Part shown: in pieces, positions 9,040-17,159 of the stretch
How positions within the stretch are numbered: position 1 is the first letter of the stretch
Layout of the letters: each line of letters starts with the position of its first letter
Source of the DNA: a virus
IMG/VR virus record: IMGVR_UViG_3300032083_000683
Location: 6,409 to 70,408 of that record
Length of the DNA: 64,000 nucleotides
Strand: one strand, 5' to 3'
Program-made: the position numbers and the translations under genes
Notes under the pieces: model-generated
What the model saw: the letters and a program-made list of their open reading frames with translations, nothing else
Database searches by the model: none
Told to the model about the DNA's origin: nothing

Positions 9040-9839
9040 ATAAATTCTTCCAATGTTGCAGTTCCATATTTTTCTGATACTTTGTTTATATTACTAGAAT
9101 TATGTTGTTTAATATTACCATCTATGAAAGGTATATTATTTGTAAATGTGTATTCTGTTTCGCCAGGTTTTTTTATTTTCCATTGTAAGTCTTTATCTTT
9201 TGGATAATTTATTGTCCATTCCATAGTAGAGTTTTTTAAATACTTTTTAGATTTTTTGTTTATTGGATAAATGTATCTAAACTGTTTACCCCATACTCTA
9301 GTAAAACCTAACTCACCCATTTTTTTATCATTTGGTCTTGGGCCATACTTTGTATCATCTCTACCCATTTCTTTTTTCATTTTTCTTTGAATAGTCCTAA
9401 AGTGAACTTTTTCTCCACTTTCACTTAAATATATGTCTGTCCAAATAAACCCACCATATAAAAAATTAGCAGCTTGATAAACATAACCAGGCTTTCCTAC
9501 AATTCCATCTGCCCATGTGTAAAGATATTTTATTTCTGGTGTGTTTTCTTTTATCCACTTAATAGTTAAACTCTGCATTTGTGATTCACTATTTCGTGGC
9601 ATTTTTTCGTCCATACACATTTTACCTATTTCATAATAATCTGATGTGGTTAAATCTGGAAACATTTTACGAATAGTTCCCATAGGATTAGTTCCCCACC
9701 CTAATGTTAATACACCAACAAGTTCATCATTAACATATGCACCAAGATAGTGTTTAGTTAACTTTGGCATAACTGCACTATAATGTCTTTGTTGAACAAA
9801 GAGTGTTGCAACTCTCCAATCCACTTTTTTAATTATCAA
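9036..9839 (-). CDS. Mom-like (GNAT-fold) adenine-modification protein
   Basis: RHYS, LVGVLTLG, YEIGKMC...PRNSES, YTWADG..G..GYVYQAANFLYGG resemble the Mu Mom family. Confidence 0.7.
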   Translation of the reverse strand: MIIKKVDWRVATLFVQQRHYSAVMPKLTKHYLGAYVNDELVGVLTLGWGTNPMGTIRKMFPDLTTSDYYEIGKMCMDEKMPRNSESQMQSLTIKWIKENTPEIKYLYTWADGIVGKPGYVYQAANFLYGGFIWTDIYLSESGEKVHFRTIQRKMKKEMGRDDTKYGPRPNDKKMGELGFTRVWGKQFRYIYPINKKSKKYLKNSTMEWTINYPKDKDLQWKIKKPGETEYTFTNNIPFIDGNIKQHNSSNINKVSEKYGTATLEEFI

Positions 9840-10897
9840 ATTTCTAAATCCTGAGCTTCACGATATAGTTTTGCAACAGTTTCTTTAAGTTTTTTCTTAT
9901 CAAGATTCACCTCTAATTCATCAATATATTTTCCAAGTAGTGTCATAGTATCTTCTGTATTGTTTACTATATCATCAGATACAGTATTTGCATCTAAGTC
10001 AGAAAAATCTTCTACAATCTTAACTTCATGGCAATCTGCTTTAAGTAGTTTATCAGTAAACTTATCAAACTTATATAAGTCTTTTTTATTAACTACAATC
10101 AACTTTACATATTGATTTTTGTATTTTTTTACATCATGGTTATCATAATCTTCTTGCGTATCATCATAATATATTTTTGTAAATATTGTATACGGATTTA
10201 TTACTCTTGTCAACTCCCTAGTTTCTGTATCAAAGATATGAAATCCTTTTGGATCATTGTAATCGTTCCAAGTAATCTGATAAGGTGTTCCTAGATAATA
10301 AATTTGCCCATCATCTGACTTGTGATGAAAATGTCCACTCATTACTGTATGAAATTTTCTAAACTTATCTTTAGTGTACAATCCATCTGAAATTTGTCCA
10401 ACATGCATTTCAAATCCACTTATATCTAAATGGCCCATCACTACTTCTGCTTTTGTTTCTTGCATCATGCCAAACGCATAGATTTCATTTTGAGGATTAA
10501 TCCAAGGCATCAATAGTATTTGTAGTCCACCAAACTCTACTTCCTGTGCTTCTGAATAAATGTGTATGTTTGAATATCTATTTCCTAAAAGTTCTTCAAG
10601 TGAGTTAACATCATTTGTATTTCTAAAATAAATGTCGTGATTACCAACTAGCATATGTAATTGTATTTGCATATGATTAAATGGTTGAATAAATCTTTCA
10701 CGAAAATCTTTTGAAATACGATAAGAAATATATTTTCTTCTATCAAGAACATCACCTAAATGCACACAATGTTTGATATTGTTTTGCTGTAAGTATGGAA
10801 AAAATACTCCCTCATAAAACTGATAGAAGTATTCATTAAAATTCATATTATCATTCCGAGCTCCAAAATGCGTATCGGTTATTAGTGCAATTTTCAT
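9836..10897 (-). CDS. gp47: recombination endonuclease subunit gp47 (Mre11/SbcD-like)
   Basis: DTHFG, HLGD, GNHD, SGHFH metallophosphoesterase motifs. Confidence 0.95.
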   Translation of the reverse strand: MKIALITDTHFGARNDNMNFNEYFYQFYEGVFFPYLQQNNIKHCVHLGDVLDRRKYISYRISKDFRERFIQPFNHMQIQLHMLVGNHDIYFRNTNDVNSLEELLGNRYSNIHIYSEAQEVEFGGLQILLMPWINPQNEIYAFGMMQETKAEVVMGHLDISGFEMHVGQISDGLYTKDKFRKFHTVMSGHFHHKSDDGQIYYLGTPYQITWNDYNDPKGFHIFDTETRELTRVINPYTIFTKIYYDDTQEDYDNHDVKKYKNQYVKLIVVNKKDLYKFDKFTDKLLKADCHEVKIVEDFSDLDANTVSDDIVNNTEDTMTLLGKYIDELEVNLDKKKLKETVAKLYREAQDLEI

Positions 10898-11433
10898 TCT
10901 GACTTATCCATAAAGTTTTCTAATCCCTCTGGTTTATTTGATGCTTCTTTTTTCTTTGGCTTGTAAACATCTTCGTCTGGTAACATAATAGTAGGGTCAA
11001 ATCCTTGAATAGAATACTTACTATCGTCATGCTCCATAGTTGTAAATAATTCATAACTTTGTTTTTCTATAAGTTTATTTTTTACATGAGTTTGTTTTTT
11101 CTCTTTTTGTATTCTACGAATAAACGCATAGTATATTATTTGTGTAAAATATGCAAAAGGATTCTTTGATTTTTCTGGATTGAAGTTGTGAATATATTGT
11201 AAACAATTTTCTATACCATCAGATATCATTTCCTGACGATAAGTGTAATTAATAAAATTAGGTTTATATGATAACCCATTTGCAATTTTAAGAAAACACT
11301 CACCTATGTAATTCGTTATCTGTGGTTTTTCATCTCCAGCTTCTTCTGCTTCTTGACATTTTTCTTTCCACTCTTTGAGTGATTCTAAAAACTTTTTATT
11401 ATCTACATAGTGTGTATTTTTTTGCTTTGACAT
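10894..11433 (-). CDS. gp55: late-transcription sigma factor gp55
   Basis: HYVDNK, IGECFLKIA, MISDGIENC, NPFAYFTQI. Confidence 0.95.
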   Translation of the reverse strand: MSKQKNTHYVDNKKFLESLKEWKEKCQEAEEAGDEKPQITNYIGECFLKIANGLSYKPNFINYTYRQEMISDGIENCLQYIHNFNPEKSKNPFAYFTQIIYYAFIRRIQKEKKQTHVKNKLIEKQSYELFTTMEHDDSKYSIQGFDPTIMLPDEDVYKPKKKEASNKPEGLENFMDKSE

Positions 11434-11455
11434 TTAACTTTTACCATCTCTTTCT

Positions 11456-12082
11456 TTATTGTTTTCCTTTTACATGATTTATAAAACCTTTTGTATCATT
11501 CAACGCATAACTTAAAATTTGATTAACTTGCAAATGATTAAACCAGCCTGTTGTAATATATTTGTCCTGTGTTGGTGATATGACACCACGATGTGTATGA
11601 GTAAAATCTGTGGGCCATATTAAAGTCCTACCTTTTACTGGTTTAATTTTTATATTCTGATAATAAAATTCTGTTTCTCCACCATCATCTACATCATTTA
11701 AATAAGTCATCCATACTAATGCTCTTTGAGGAGGATTACTTGAAGTTCTTTCATTGTGCCATTCAAAAAATCCCTCATTAGGAGCATAGTGTTGTATATT
11801 AAATCCCTCAAGCATTTCTAACCCAAAAAAACCACAGGAATATTTTTCAGTATATATTTCAGCAAGACTAAACAAATATTTCAAATATTTTTGTATTAAA
11901 GGATTATTTGTGTATGGTGGAATTGTTAAATCTGTGGAAACTTTTGCAACATTTTTTGTTTTTATACCAGTGCTACCTTTTGTTTGATGCTCTTCATTAC
12001 TTTTAAAATATTCTAAAAGTTCATCACAAATATACAAATCTTTATCATCAAGCTGTGCTTGTAATATAAAGTTTTCACTCAT
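11456..12082 (-). CDS. 2OG-Fe(II) oxygenase
   Basis: WHNER...WMTYLNDV..GGET.F...THTHRG...K; start moved to MSENF (12082) because it has an RBS and a promoter lies at 12111-12139. Confidence 0.85.
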   Translation of the reverse strand: MSENFILQAQLDDKDLYICDELLEYFKSNEEHQTKGSTGIKTKNVAKVSTDLTIPPYTNNPLIQKYLKYLFSLAEIYTEKYSCGFFGLEMLEGFNIQHYAPNEGFFEWHNERTSSNPPQRALVWMTYLNDVDDGGETEFYYQNIKIKPVKGRTLIWPTDFTHTHRGVISPTQDKYITTGWFNHLQVNQILSYALNDTKGFINHVKGKQ

Positions 12083-12110
12083 AAAATAGTCCTTTTTTAA
12101 AATTACAACT

Positions 12111-12139
12111 ATTCTACACAATTAAAGCAGTAATGTCAA
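12111..12139 (-). promoter_or_regulatory. sigma70 promoter
   Basis: TTGACA-N17-TAGAAT. Confidence 0.65.
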
Positions 12140-12149
12140 GTCTTATCAA

Positions 12150-12758
12150 TTATTTCCACTTTGCTTGATTAAGACTAATATAATGTTTATAATCTCTTTC
12201 AGTATCATTTGTATCATAAAAATTAAACCAACCAGTAACAATATATTTGTGTTGCGTTGGTGATGTGATGCCACGATGTAAATGTGTAAAGTCTGTAGGC
12301 CATATTACACATTTACCTTTTACTGGTTTAACTTTTAATTTTTGGTAAAAAAATTCTGTTTCTCCACCATCGTCTACATCGTTGAGATATGTCATCCATA
12401 CTAATCCACGCTGCCATGATTGAGTTGTTGTTCTCTCACAGTGCCAAGCAAAATAACCCTCATTTGGTGCGTAGTGTTGTATATTAAATGATTCTTTTAG
12501 TCCTATTTTAATCCTACCTTTAAGACTGTATTTCTCAAGATATTCAATTAATTTTCCTGATAATTGTTGCACATATTTTTGAATAGTTGGGTGCTGTGTC
12601 CAAGCAACTATAACATCAGTAGATTTTTTAATTTCAGCATCAGTACCATCAGAGGTTAAACCTCTCATTTTTTCATATACATTGTTTTTATGATATTCAA
12701 TTAATTCATCACAAACAGATACATCTTTTAACATAGTTTCATATATAAAATTTTCCAT
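12150..12758 (-). CDS. 2OG-Fe(II) oxygenase (paralog of 11456-12082)
   Basis: WHCER...WMTYLNDVDDGGETEF...THLHRG. Confidence 0.85.
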   Translation of the reverse strand: MENFIYETMLKDVSVCDELIEYHKNNVYEKMRGLTSDGTDAEIKKSTDVIVAWTQHPTIQKYVQQLSGKLIEYLEKYSLKGRIKIGLKESFNIQHYAPNEGYFAWHCERTTTQSWQRGLVWMTYLNDVDDGGETEFFYQKLKVKPVKGKCVIWPTDFTHLHRGITSPTQHKYIVTGWFNFYDTNDTERDYKHYISLNQAKWK

Positions 12759-12767
12759 AATTAATCC

Positions 12768-12796
12768 TTGACAAAATTCAATTTTTTTATTATAAT
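12768..12796 (+). promoter_or_regulatory. consensus sigma70 promoter, antisense to the uvsW operon
   Basis: TTGACA-N17-TATAAT on the plus strand, with no downstream plus-strand ORF. Confidence 0.55.
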
Positions 12797-12814
12797 AAGT
12801 GTGTAACGATAAGG

Positions 12815-13219
12815 CTAGTGAACAGTTCTACTTTTGATTTCTTGCATAAGTTGTTCAATTTCACTATCATCTAGTTTTTCCAAATCATCTTCTTCTGGTA
12901 TTGGTATTTCTTCTACTTTAGTCATTTTTGGCTCATCTAGTTTTTTTAAAATATATTCATAATATTTACTCAATCCATCTGAAGCTGAAACATTAATGAC
13001 AATTGAGTTTTTTTCAATTAAATAACTATCTTCATCAGTAAATGGTTTTATCCATTTTACTAATCCTAAAGTTTCTTTTATTCTTCCATCTCTACTTGAT
13101 GTTTGTTGCACATCTAATAACAATGGATTTTCAACTTTTATTTGTTCTTTAAGAGTTTCAACGATACGACATATTATATCTTCACCATTTGATAATTTTA
13201 AAACTGAATACTTATTCAT
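12815..13219 (-). CDS. conserved T4-like phage protein downstream of uvsW (Sm-like fold suspected)
   Basis: LKLSNGEDIIC...ENPL...WIKPF pattern and position. Confidence 0.6.
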   Translation of the reverse strand: MNKYSVLKLSNGEDIICRIVETLKEQIKVENPLLLDVQQTSSRDGRIKETLGLVKWIKPFTDEDSYLIEKNSIVINVSASDGLSKYYEYILKKLDEPKMTKVEEIPIPEEDDLEKLDDSEIEQLMQEIKSRTVH

Positions 13220-14703
13220 ATCTTTATCCTATCTATTTCATAATTAAATTGTTCTTCATTGTAGATATTTATTCTGTCTTGAAAATGGGACATTGTATAA
13301 TTAATTCTTCCTTTGTAGGAAAGATCGTCTGCGATGTCGTAAAGCCGAGTGGTATTGTTATCTTTAGAAATTCGCAACCCTCGTCCAATGCTTTGTAGCA
13401 CTCTAATTCTTGACTTACTTGGACTAGAGAACACGACATTATGGAGATTCCTAATATTAATACCAGTGCTAAATGTGCCGTACGATGCAACAATAATCGC
13501 ATCTGTTTCTTTTTCAGTGATTGCACGAATCTTTTCCCTAGTTTCTGTATTTGTTCCACCATATACAAAAAATACCTTTCTTTTAAAATCTTTCATTAGT
13601 GAGTGTAACACAACTCCATGTTTTTCTACAAGTTTAAAAAGACACAAAGTGTTTCCATTAAGAGTATCGCACAGCCGAACAATAAAACTATTGCGTTTAT
13701 ATAAACTAACCAAGAAATCCATTTCCTCTGCATATGTAAAATCCTTAGATTTTTTACAATCGTCCTCTGAATGTTTTAGCACTACACATTTTATATCAAG
13801 AGTTGCAATAGTTTTTTTATCCATCAACTCTTTTGTAGTTGTTACTTTTTTTACTGAGCCAAACAAACCCTCTAAAATTAATCTATGAGTTTGTGTTCCA
13901 TCTAATGTTCCAGTTAATCCAAATCTATATTTACACATATCAAGTTTTGTCATAATACCAGTAAGTGATTTTGCTTTGAACATGTGAGCCTCATCACCTA
14001 TGACACACCCAAACTGACTAAAATATTTTTTAGGTAATTTATATAAAGATTGCCATGTTGATATGAATATAGATTTGTCTGACTGTAAATCATGCCCAGC
14101 ATAAATTCTATGTAAATGTTTTTCACTCCACCCATAATCAAGAAAATCAGAAAACATTTGCTCAACTAAAGATGTCGTTGGAACAAGTATTAATATCTTT
14201 TTATCCTGTAAAGTTTTATAGTATCTTACTAGTGCATAAATGATAAGTGATTTACCAGAAGCAGTTGGGCTTACTAATAAACATCTATTTTTTTGTATCG
14301 CATGACAAAATGCATCTGATTGATAATCTCTTACCTCTAACTGTTTTCCTTTTGACATTGGTTTAAGAGAAATGATATATTCCCTTGCTATATTACAGTT
14401 AATCTCTCTATCACTCTCTATATCGTTCTCAGAGGTATATTCTATATCATTTCTATTACAAAACTCTTTTATGTAAGGTAATAATCCCACATAAATTTTA
14501 CCAGTCTGCTGTGAAAATAATCTTATCTTACCATCCCAAACACGACTACGATAGGTAGGCATAAACTTTGCACCAGGCACTTCAAAGGTAAAATAATCTG
14601 CAAGTTCTCTTGAAACTGCATCATCTACTTCTATGTGATAATAGACTTCGTTAAGTTTAGATATGTGCATATTGTAAAGTGTTTGGCTCACCATATTCAC
14701 CAC
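13216..14703 (-). CDS. uvsW: UvsW RNA-DNA/DNA-DNA helicase
   Basis: SPTASGKS, DEAH, GLTGT, QSIGRGLR; true start probably MHISKLNE (14670). Confidence 0.95.
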   Translation of the reverse strand: MVNMVSQTLYNMHISKLNEVYYHIEVDDAVSRELADYFTFEVPGAKFMPTYRSRVWDGKIRLFSQQTGKIYVGLLPYIKEFCNRNDIEYTSENDIESDREINCNIAREYIISLKPMSKGKQLEVRDYQSDAFCHAIQKNRCLLVSPTASGKSLIIYALVRYYKTLQDKKILILVPTTSLVEQMFSDFLDYGWSEKHLHRIYAGHDLQSDKSIFISTWQSLYKLPKKYFSQFGCVIGDEAHMFKAKSLTGIMTKLDMCKYRFGLTGTLDGTQTHRLILEGLFGSVKKVTTTKELMDKKTIATLDIKCVVLKHSEDDCKKSKDFTYAEEMDFLVSLYKRNSFIVRLCDTLNGNTLCLFKLVEKHGVVLHSLMKDFKRKVFFVYGGTNTETREKIRAITEKETDAIIVASYGTFSTGINIRNLHNVVFSSPSKSRIRVLQSIGRGLRISKDNNTTRLYDIADDLSYKGRINYTMSHFQDRINIYNEEQFNYEIDRIKI

Positions 14704-15331
14704 GAGCTATAATGTTCCAAGCAATACTAATTCTTTCATCATTTGTTTGAGGCACCCAATGCTGTAACCAAGATGGAAAAATAATTCCTATTCCTATTGA
14801 AGAAGATTGAATACTATTAAATTTTAATTCCATTAAATCTGAATTTAAATTATTTTGTTCTTTTTTTCTTGGCCTAAAAACACTAGCTTGTGGCCTAGGG
14901 TCAAAAAAAACTATTGGAGAAGAATCTAATGATGATTGTAAATAAAATACTCCAGATAAAAAATTATTTGAGTGCGTGTGTGGGTGATGTGCAGACCTAG
15001 ATGAGTTAGGTTTAAGTATGTTTCCCCACATATTTGTTATTTCTAATTTTTCATACCCATATCCTAAATCTTCCATTACATCCTCAGTATGTTTATAGAT
15101 AGAATTAACTAATGGTTCAAAAACTTTAGATTCATGTAAGTGACGATTTTCTTGAGTTCCTAATCTCCGAACTTTTTTACCATCTTTTTCTGATATACTT
15201 TCAGATGCGATTAAATTGTTCATATCATTTCTTTCATTATTTTTAAAATTATGTTCAAATTTATAAATACAAGTAGGAAACGCATCAATTCTTTCCATAT
15301 TTTTTACATTAGCCATGTTACTATACTCCAT
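14657..15331 (-). CDS. 2OG-Fe(II) oxygenase (TIGR02466-type)
   Basis: MWGN...HPHTHSNNFLSGVFY...FFDPR...IFPSWLQHWV...RISIAWN. Confidence 0.85.
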   Translation of the reverse strand: MEYSNMANVKNMERIDAFPTCIYKFEHNFKNNERNDMNNLIASESISEKDGKKVRRLGTQENRHLHESKVFEPLVNSIYKHTEDVMEDLGYGYEKLEITNMWGNILKPNSSRSAHHPHTHSNNFLSGVFYLQSSLDSSPIVFFDPRPQASVFRPRKKEQNNLNSDLMELKFNSIQSSSIGIGIIFPSWLQHWVPQTNDERISIAWNIIARGEYGEPNTLQYAHI

Positions 15332-15858
15332 CTTTCACTATCAGTTATTTTTTTTACTTCATGTGGAAACATAAAGTTAGAAGGAAAAATAATACCTGAA
15401 CCCATTTTAGTTTTATACTTATTACCAGACACTACAAGTTCACCACCCTTGTAATTATCATTTAAAAATAATAATGCACTTACTTGTGGAAAACCATATT
15501 CTTGTCCATGCGAGTGGTGTATATTATCAGTATGCTCTGACATAAATCCACCAACTGAATATCTGTTTATTCTAAATCCAGAATGTCTTTGGCAACTAAA
15601 TTTATCAAATTTTTCTGAATATTTTTTAATTACTTTACCAAAAAAATCATTAATTATACTAACTACATTTTTATCTTTCACCCACATATCATCCATAACA
15701 ACTCTTTTATTACTATTTTTTATTTCCCCAGAATCGTTTGCATATGTTGATGGTTTTAGTTGCCCACTATTTTTTGCAAATTTAATTATATCTTGGCATT
15801 TGTTTTTAGGAATAATATCTTCATAATAACCTATCCATTTTTTTAAACTATTCATCAC
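15304..15858 (-). CDS. 2OG-Fe(II) oxygenase (prolyl-hydroxylase-like)
   Basis: EHTD...LNDNYKGGEL...IFPSNFMFPHEV...RWSIVTW. Confidence 0.85.
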   Translation of the reverse strand: MMNSLKKWIGYYEDIIPKNKCQDIIKFAKNSGQLKPSTYANDSGEIKNSNKRVVMDDMWVKDKNVVSIINDFFGKVIKKYSEKFDKFSCQRHSGFRINRYSVGGFMSEHTDNIHHSHGQEYGFPQVSALLFLNDNYKGGELVVSGNKYKTKMGSGIIFPSNFMFPHEVKKITDSERWSIVTWLM

Positions 15859-16283
15859 ATCATTCCTGCTTCAAATTGTCTCCAGCTGATTGCATTTTTG
15901 ATATCCCATTGCCTACTTTGAATAGATTTTAAAATACCATCAATGTACTTAATGACAGATTCTAAGTATGCAATTTTATGCTCTGCTTTAATGATATCTT
16001 CATCAGATTCTATATAAATGTGTAAATCGTTTTTGAGGACTTTAAGGTCAAATGGTTTGGTTACATAGACTTTTGCATCAGCCTTACCACCATAGTATTC
16101 CCATTTTTCACGATACAAAACTTTGTAATCACCTTTTGCACGATACAATAAAAATTCAAAGTTTGTTTTGTGGTCAAGATACTTTGCATAAAGTTCTTGG
16201 TTTTTGTAAGATTCAGTATCTAGTCGTTCATCATTTATCTTCAAGTCTTTTTCAACTTGAGCTTTCAACTCATCAAGTGTCAT
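15855..16283 (-). CDS. uvsY: UvsY recombination mediator
   Basis: KWEYYGGKA...PFDLKVLK.D...RQWDIKNAI.W..FEAG. Confidence 0.9.
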   Translation of the reverse strand: MTLDELKAQVEKDLKINDERLDTESYKNQELYAKYLDHKTNFEFLLYRAKGDYKVLYREKWEYYGGKADAKVYVTKPFDLKVLKNDLHIYIESDEDIIKAEHKIAYLESVIKYIDGILKSIQSRQWDIKNAISWRQFEAGMM

Positions 16284-16295
16284 AATTACTCCATA

Positions 16296-16874
16296 TTATA
16301 TTGTTACTATTTCATATATTTTATATTGAAAATTTACCTCTACAGTTAAATACTCTACATCAGTAGCAGCTTGTGTATAACTTAATCCACCTAAAGATGT
16401 TGGAAAAATATCTTGAAAACGAACTTCTACTAGTGGATTATTTTTATTAGATAATATTGTAAGTGTTGCATCACCATACATTCCTCTATCTGGTGTTGCT
16501 GGTTGTGTATCTCCAATATCATTACTTGTTCCTAAAGTTGCTTGTGGACTGTTTGAAGTTGAGGATCTAAAAGTTGCAAATTGTGTTCTACTTTTAGGAA
16601 AACCAGTTCCAGTAATCCAATCATGTATTGTTATATAATTTTCTAAAAACTCATCTACAATAAAAGATATTGTTAAATCTTCATAGTCTGGCTTATCACC
16701 TAGTGTTGGAATATTTTTAAATGGTGTATTGTAAGTTGCAGCTGGTAAACTAACGCCAGGCAAATTTGCAGCTGTAGTAAAAAACTCAACTTTAGGAAGT
16801 TGATTAATACTAAACTTAAATTGAGTTGGTGAAGAATAGTCTAGTTTAGTTGGTTGTCTTGATATTGATGTCAT
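16296..16874 (-). CDS. gp3: tail completion and sheath stabilizer gp3
   Basis: SPTQFKF...PKVEFF...LPG...FIVDE.LENY..IHDW...FP.SL; start at MTSIS, just downstream of late promoter 16880-16887. Confidence 0.85.
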   Translation of the reverse strand: MTSISRQPTKLDYSSPTQFKFSINQLPKVEFFTTAANLPGVSLPAATYNTPFKNIPTLGDKPDYEDLTISFIVDEFLENYITIHDWITGTGFPKSRTQFATFRSSTSNSPQATLGTSNDIGDTQPATPDRGMYGDATLTILSNKNNPLVEVRFQDIFPTSLGGLSYTQAATDVEYLTVEVNFQYKIYEIVTI

Positions 16875-16879
16875 AACAT

Positions 16880-16887
16880 TATTTATA
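16880..16887 (-). promoter_or_regulatory. T4 late promoter TATAAATA (gp3)
   Basis: Exact consensus. Confidence 0.7.
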
Positions 16888-16891
16888 ATGT

Positions 16892-16921
16892 AAAAAAGGG
16901 ACTCCATAAGAAGTCCCTTTT
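16892..16921 (-). terminator. intrinsic terminator after pqqA
   Basis: AAAAAAGGGACT...AGTCCCTTTT hairpin. Confidence 0.75.
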
Positions 16922-16944
16922 CTGTTTGACAAATTTAAATTTGA

Positions 16945-17016
16945 TTACTTGTTAGCAATATACATTGTTACTTCAAAACCAAATCTCATTTCTTCGTATG
17001 ATGGTGTATTCCACAT
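16945..17016 (-). CDS. pqqA: coenzyme PQQ precursor peptide PqqA
   Basis: Hand translation MWNTPSYEEMRFGFEVTMYIANK*; W-x-x-P leader and GFEVTMY core with the E-x3-Y pair; AGGAG RBS at 17025-17029. Confidence 0.93.
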   Translation of the reverse strand: MWNTPSYEEMRFGFEVTMYIANK

Positions 17017-17096
17017 GATAATATCTCCTATTATAATATTACTCTTATATAGTATTTTTAAATTGTTTTAACCATACAGAAAATCATTATTTTTAC

Positions 17097-17129
17097 AAAA
17101 AAAAAAGGGAAACCGAAGTCTCCCTTTTT
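17097..17129 (-). terminator. intrinsic terminator after gp23
   Basis: A10-GGGAAAC-CGAA-GTCTCCC-TTTTT; UUCG loop on the minus strand. Confidence 0.8.
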
Positions 17130-17159
17130 AGTTTTGGTTGGTTATTCCAACTCTTGTTA

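Noticed and set aside
11456-17016. A complete phage RiPP cluster (pqqA plus nearby 2OG oxygenases as tailoring enzymes)
   Set aside because: PQQ maturation uses PqqB-E and a protease, not 2OG-Fe(II) oxygenases; pqqA is insulated by terminators and separated from them by gp3 and uvsY.
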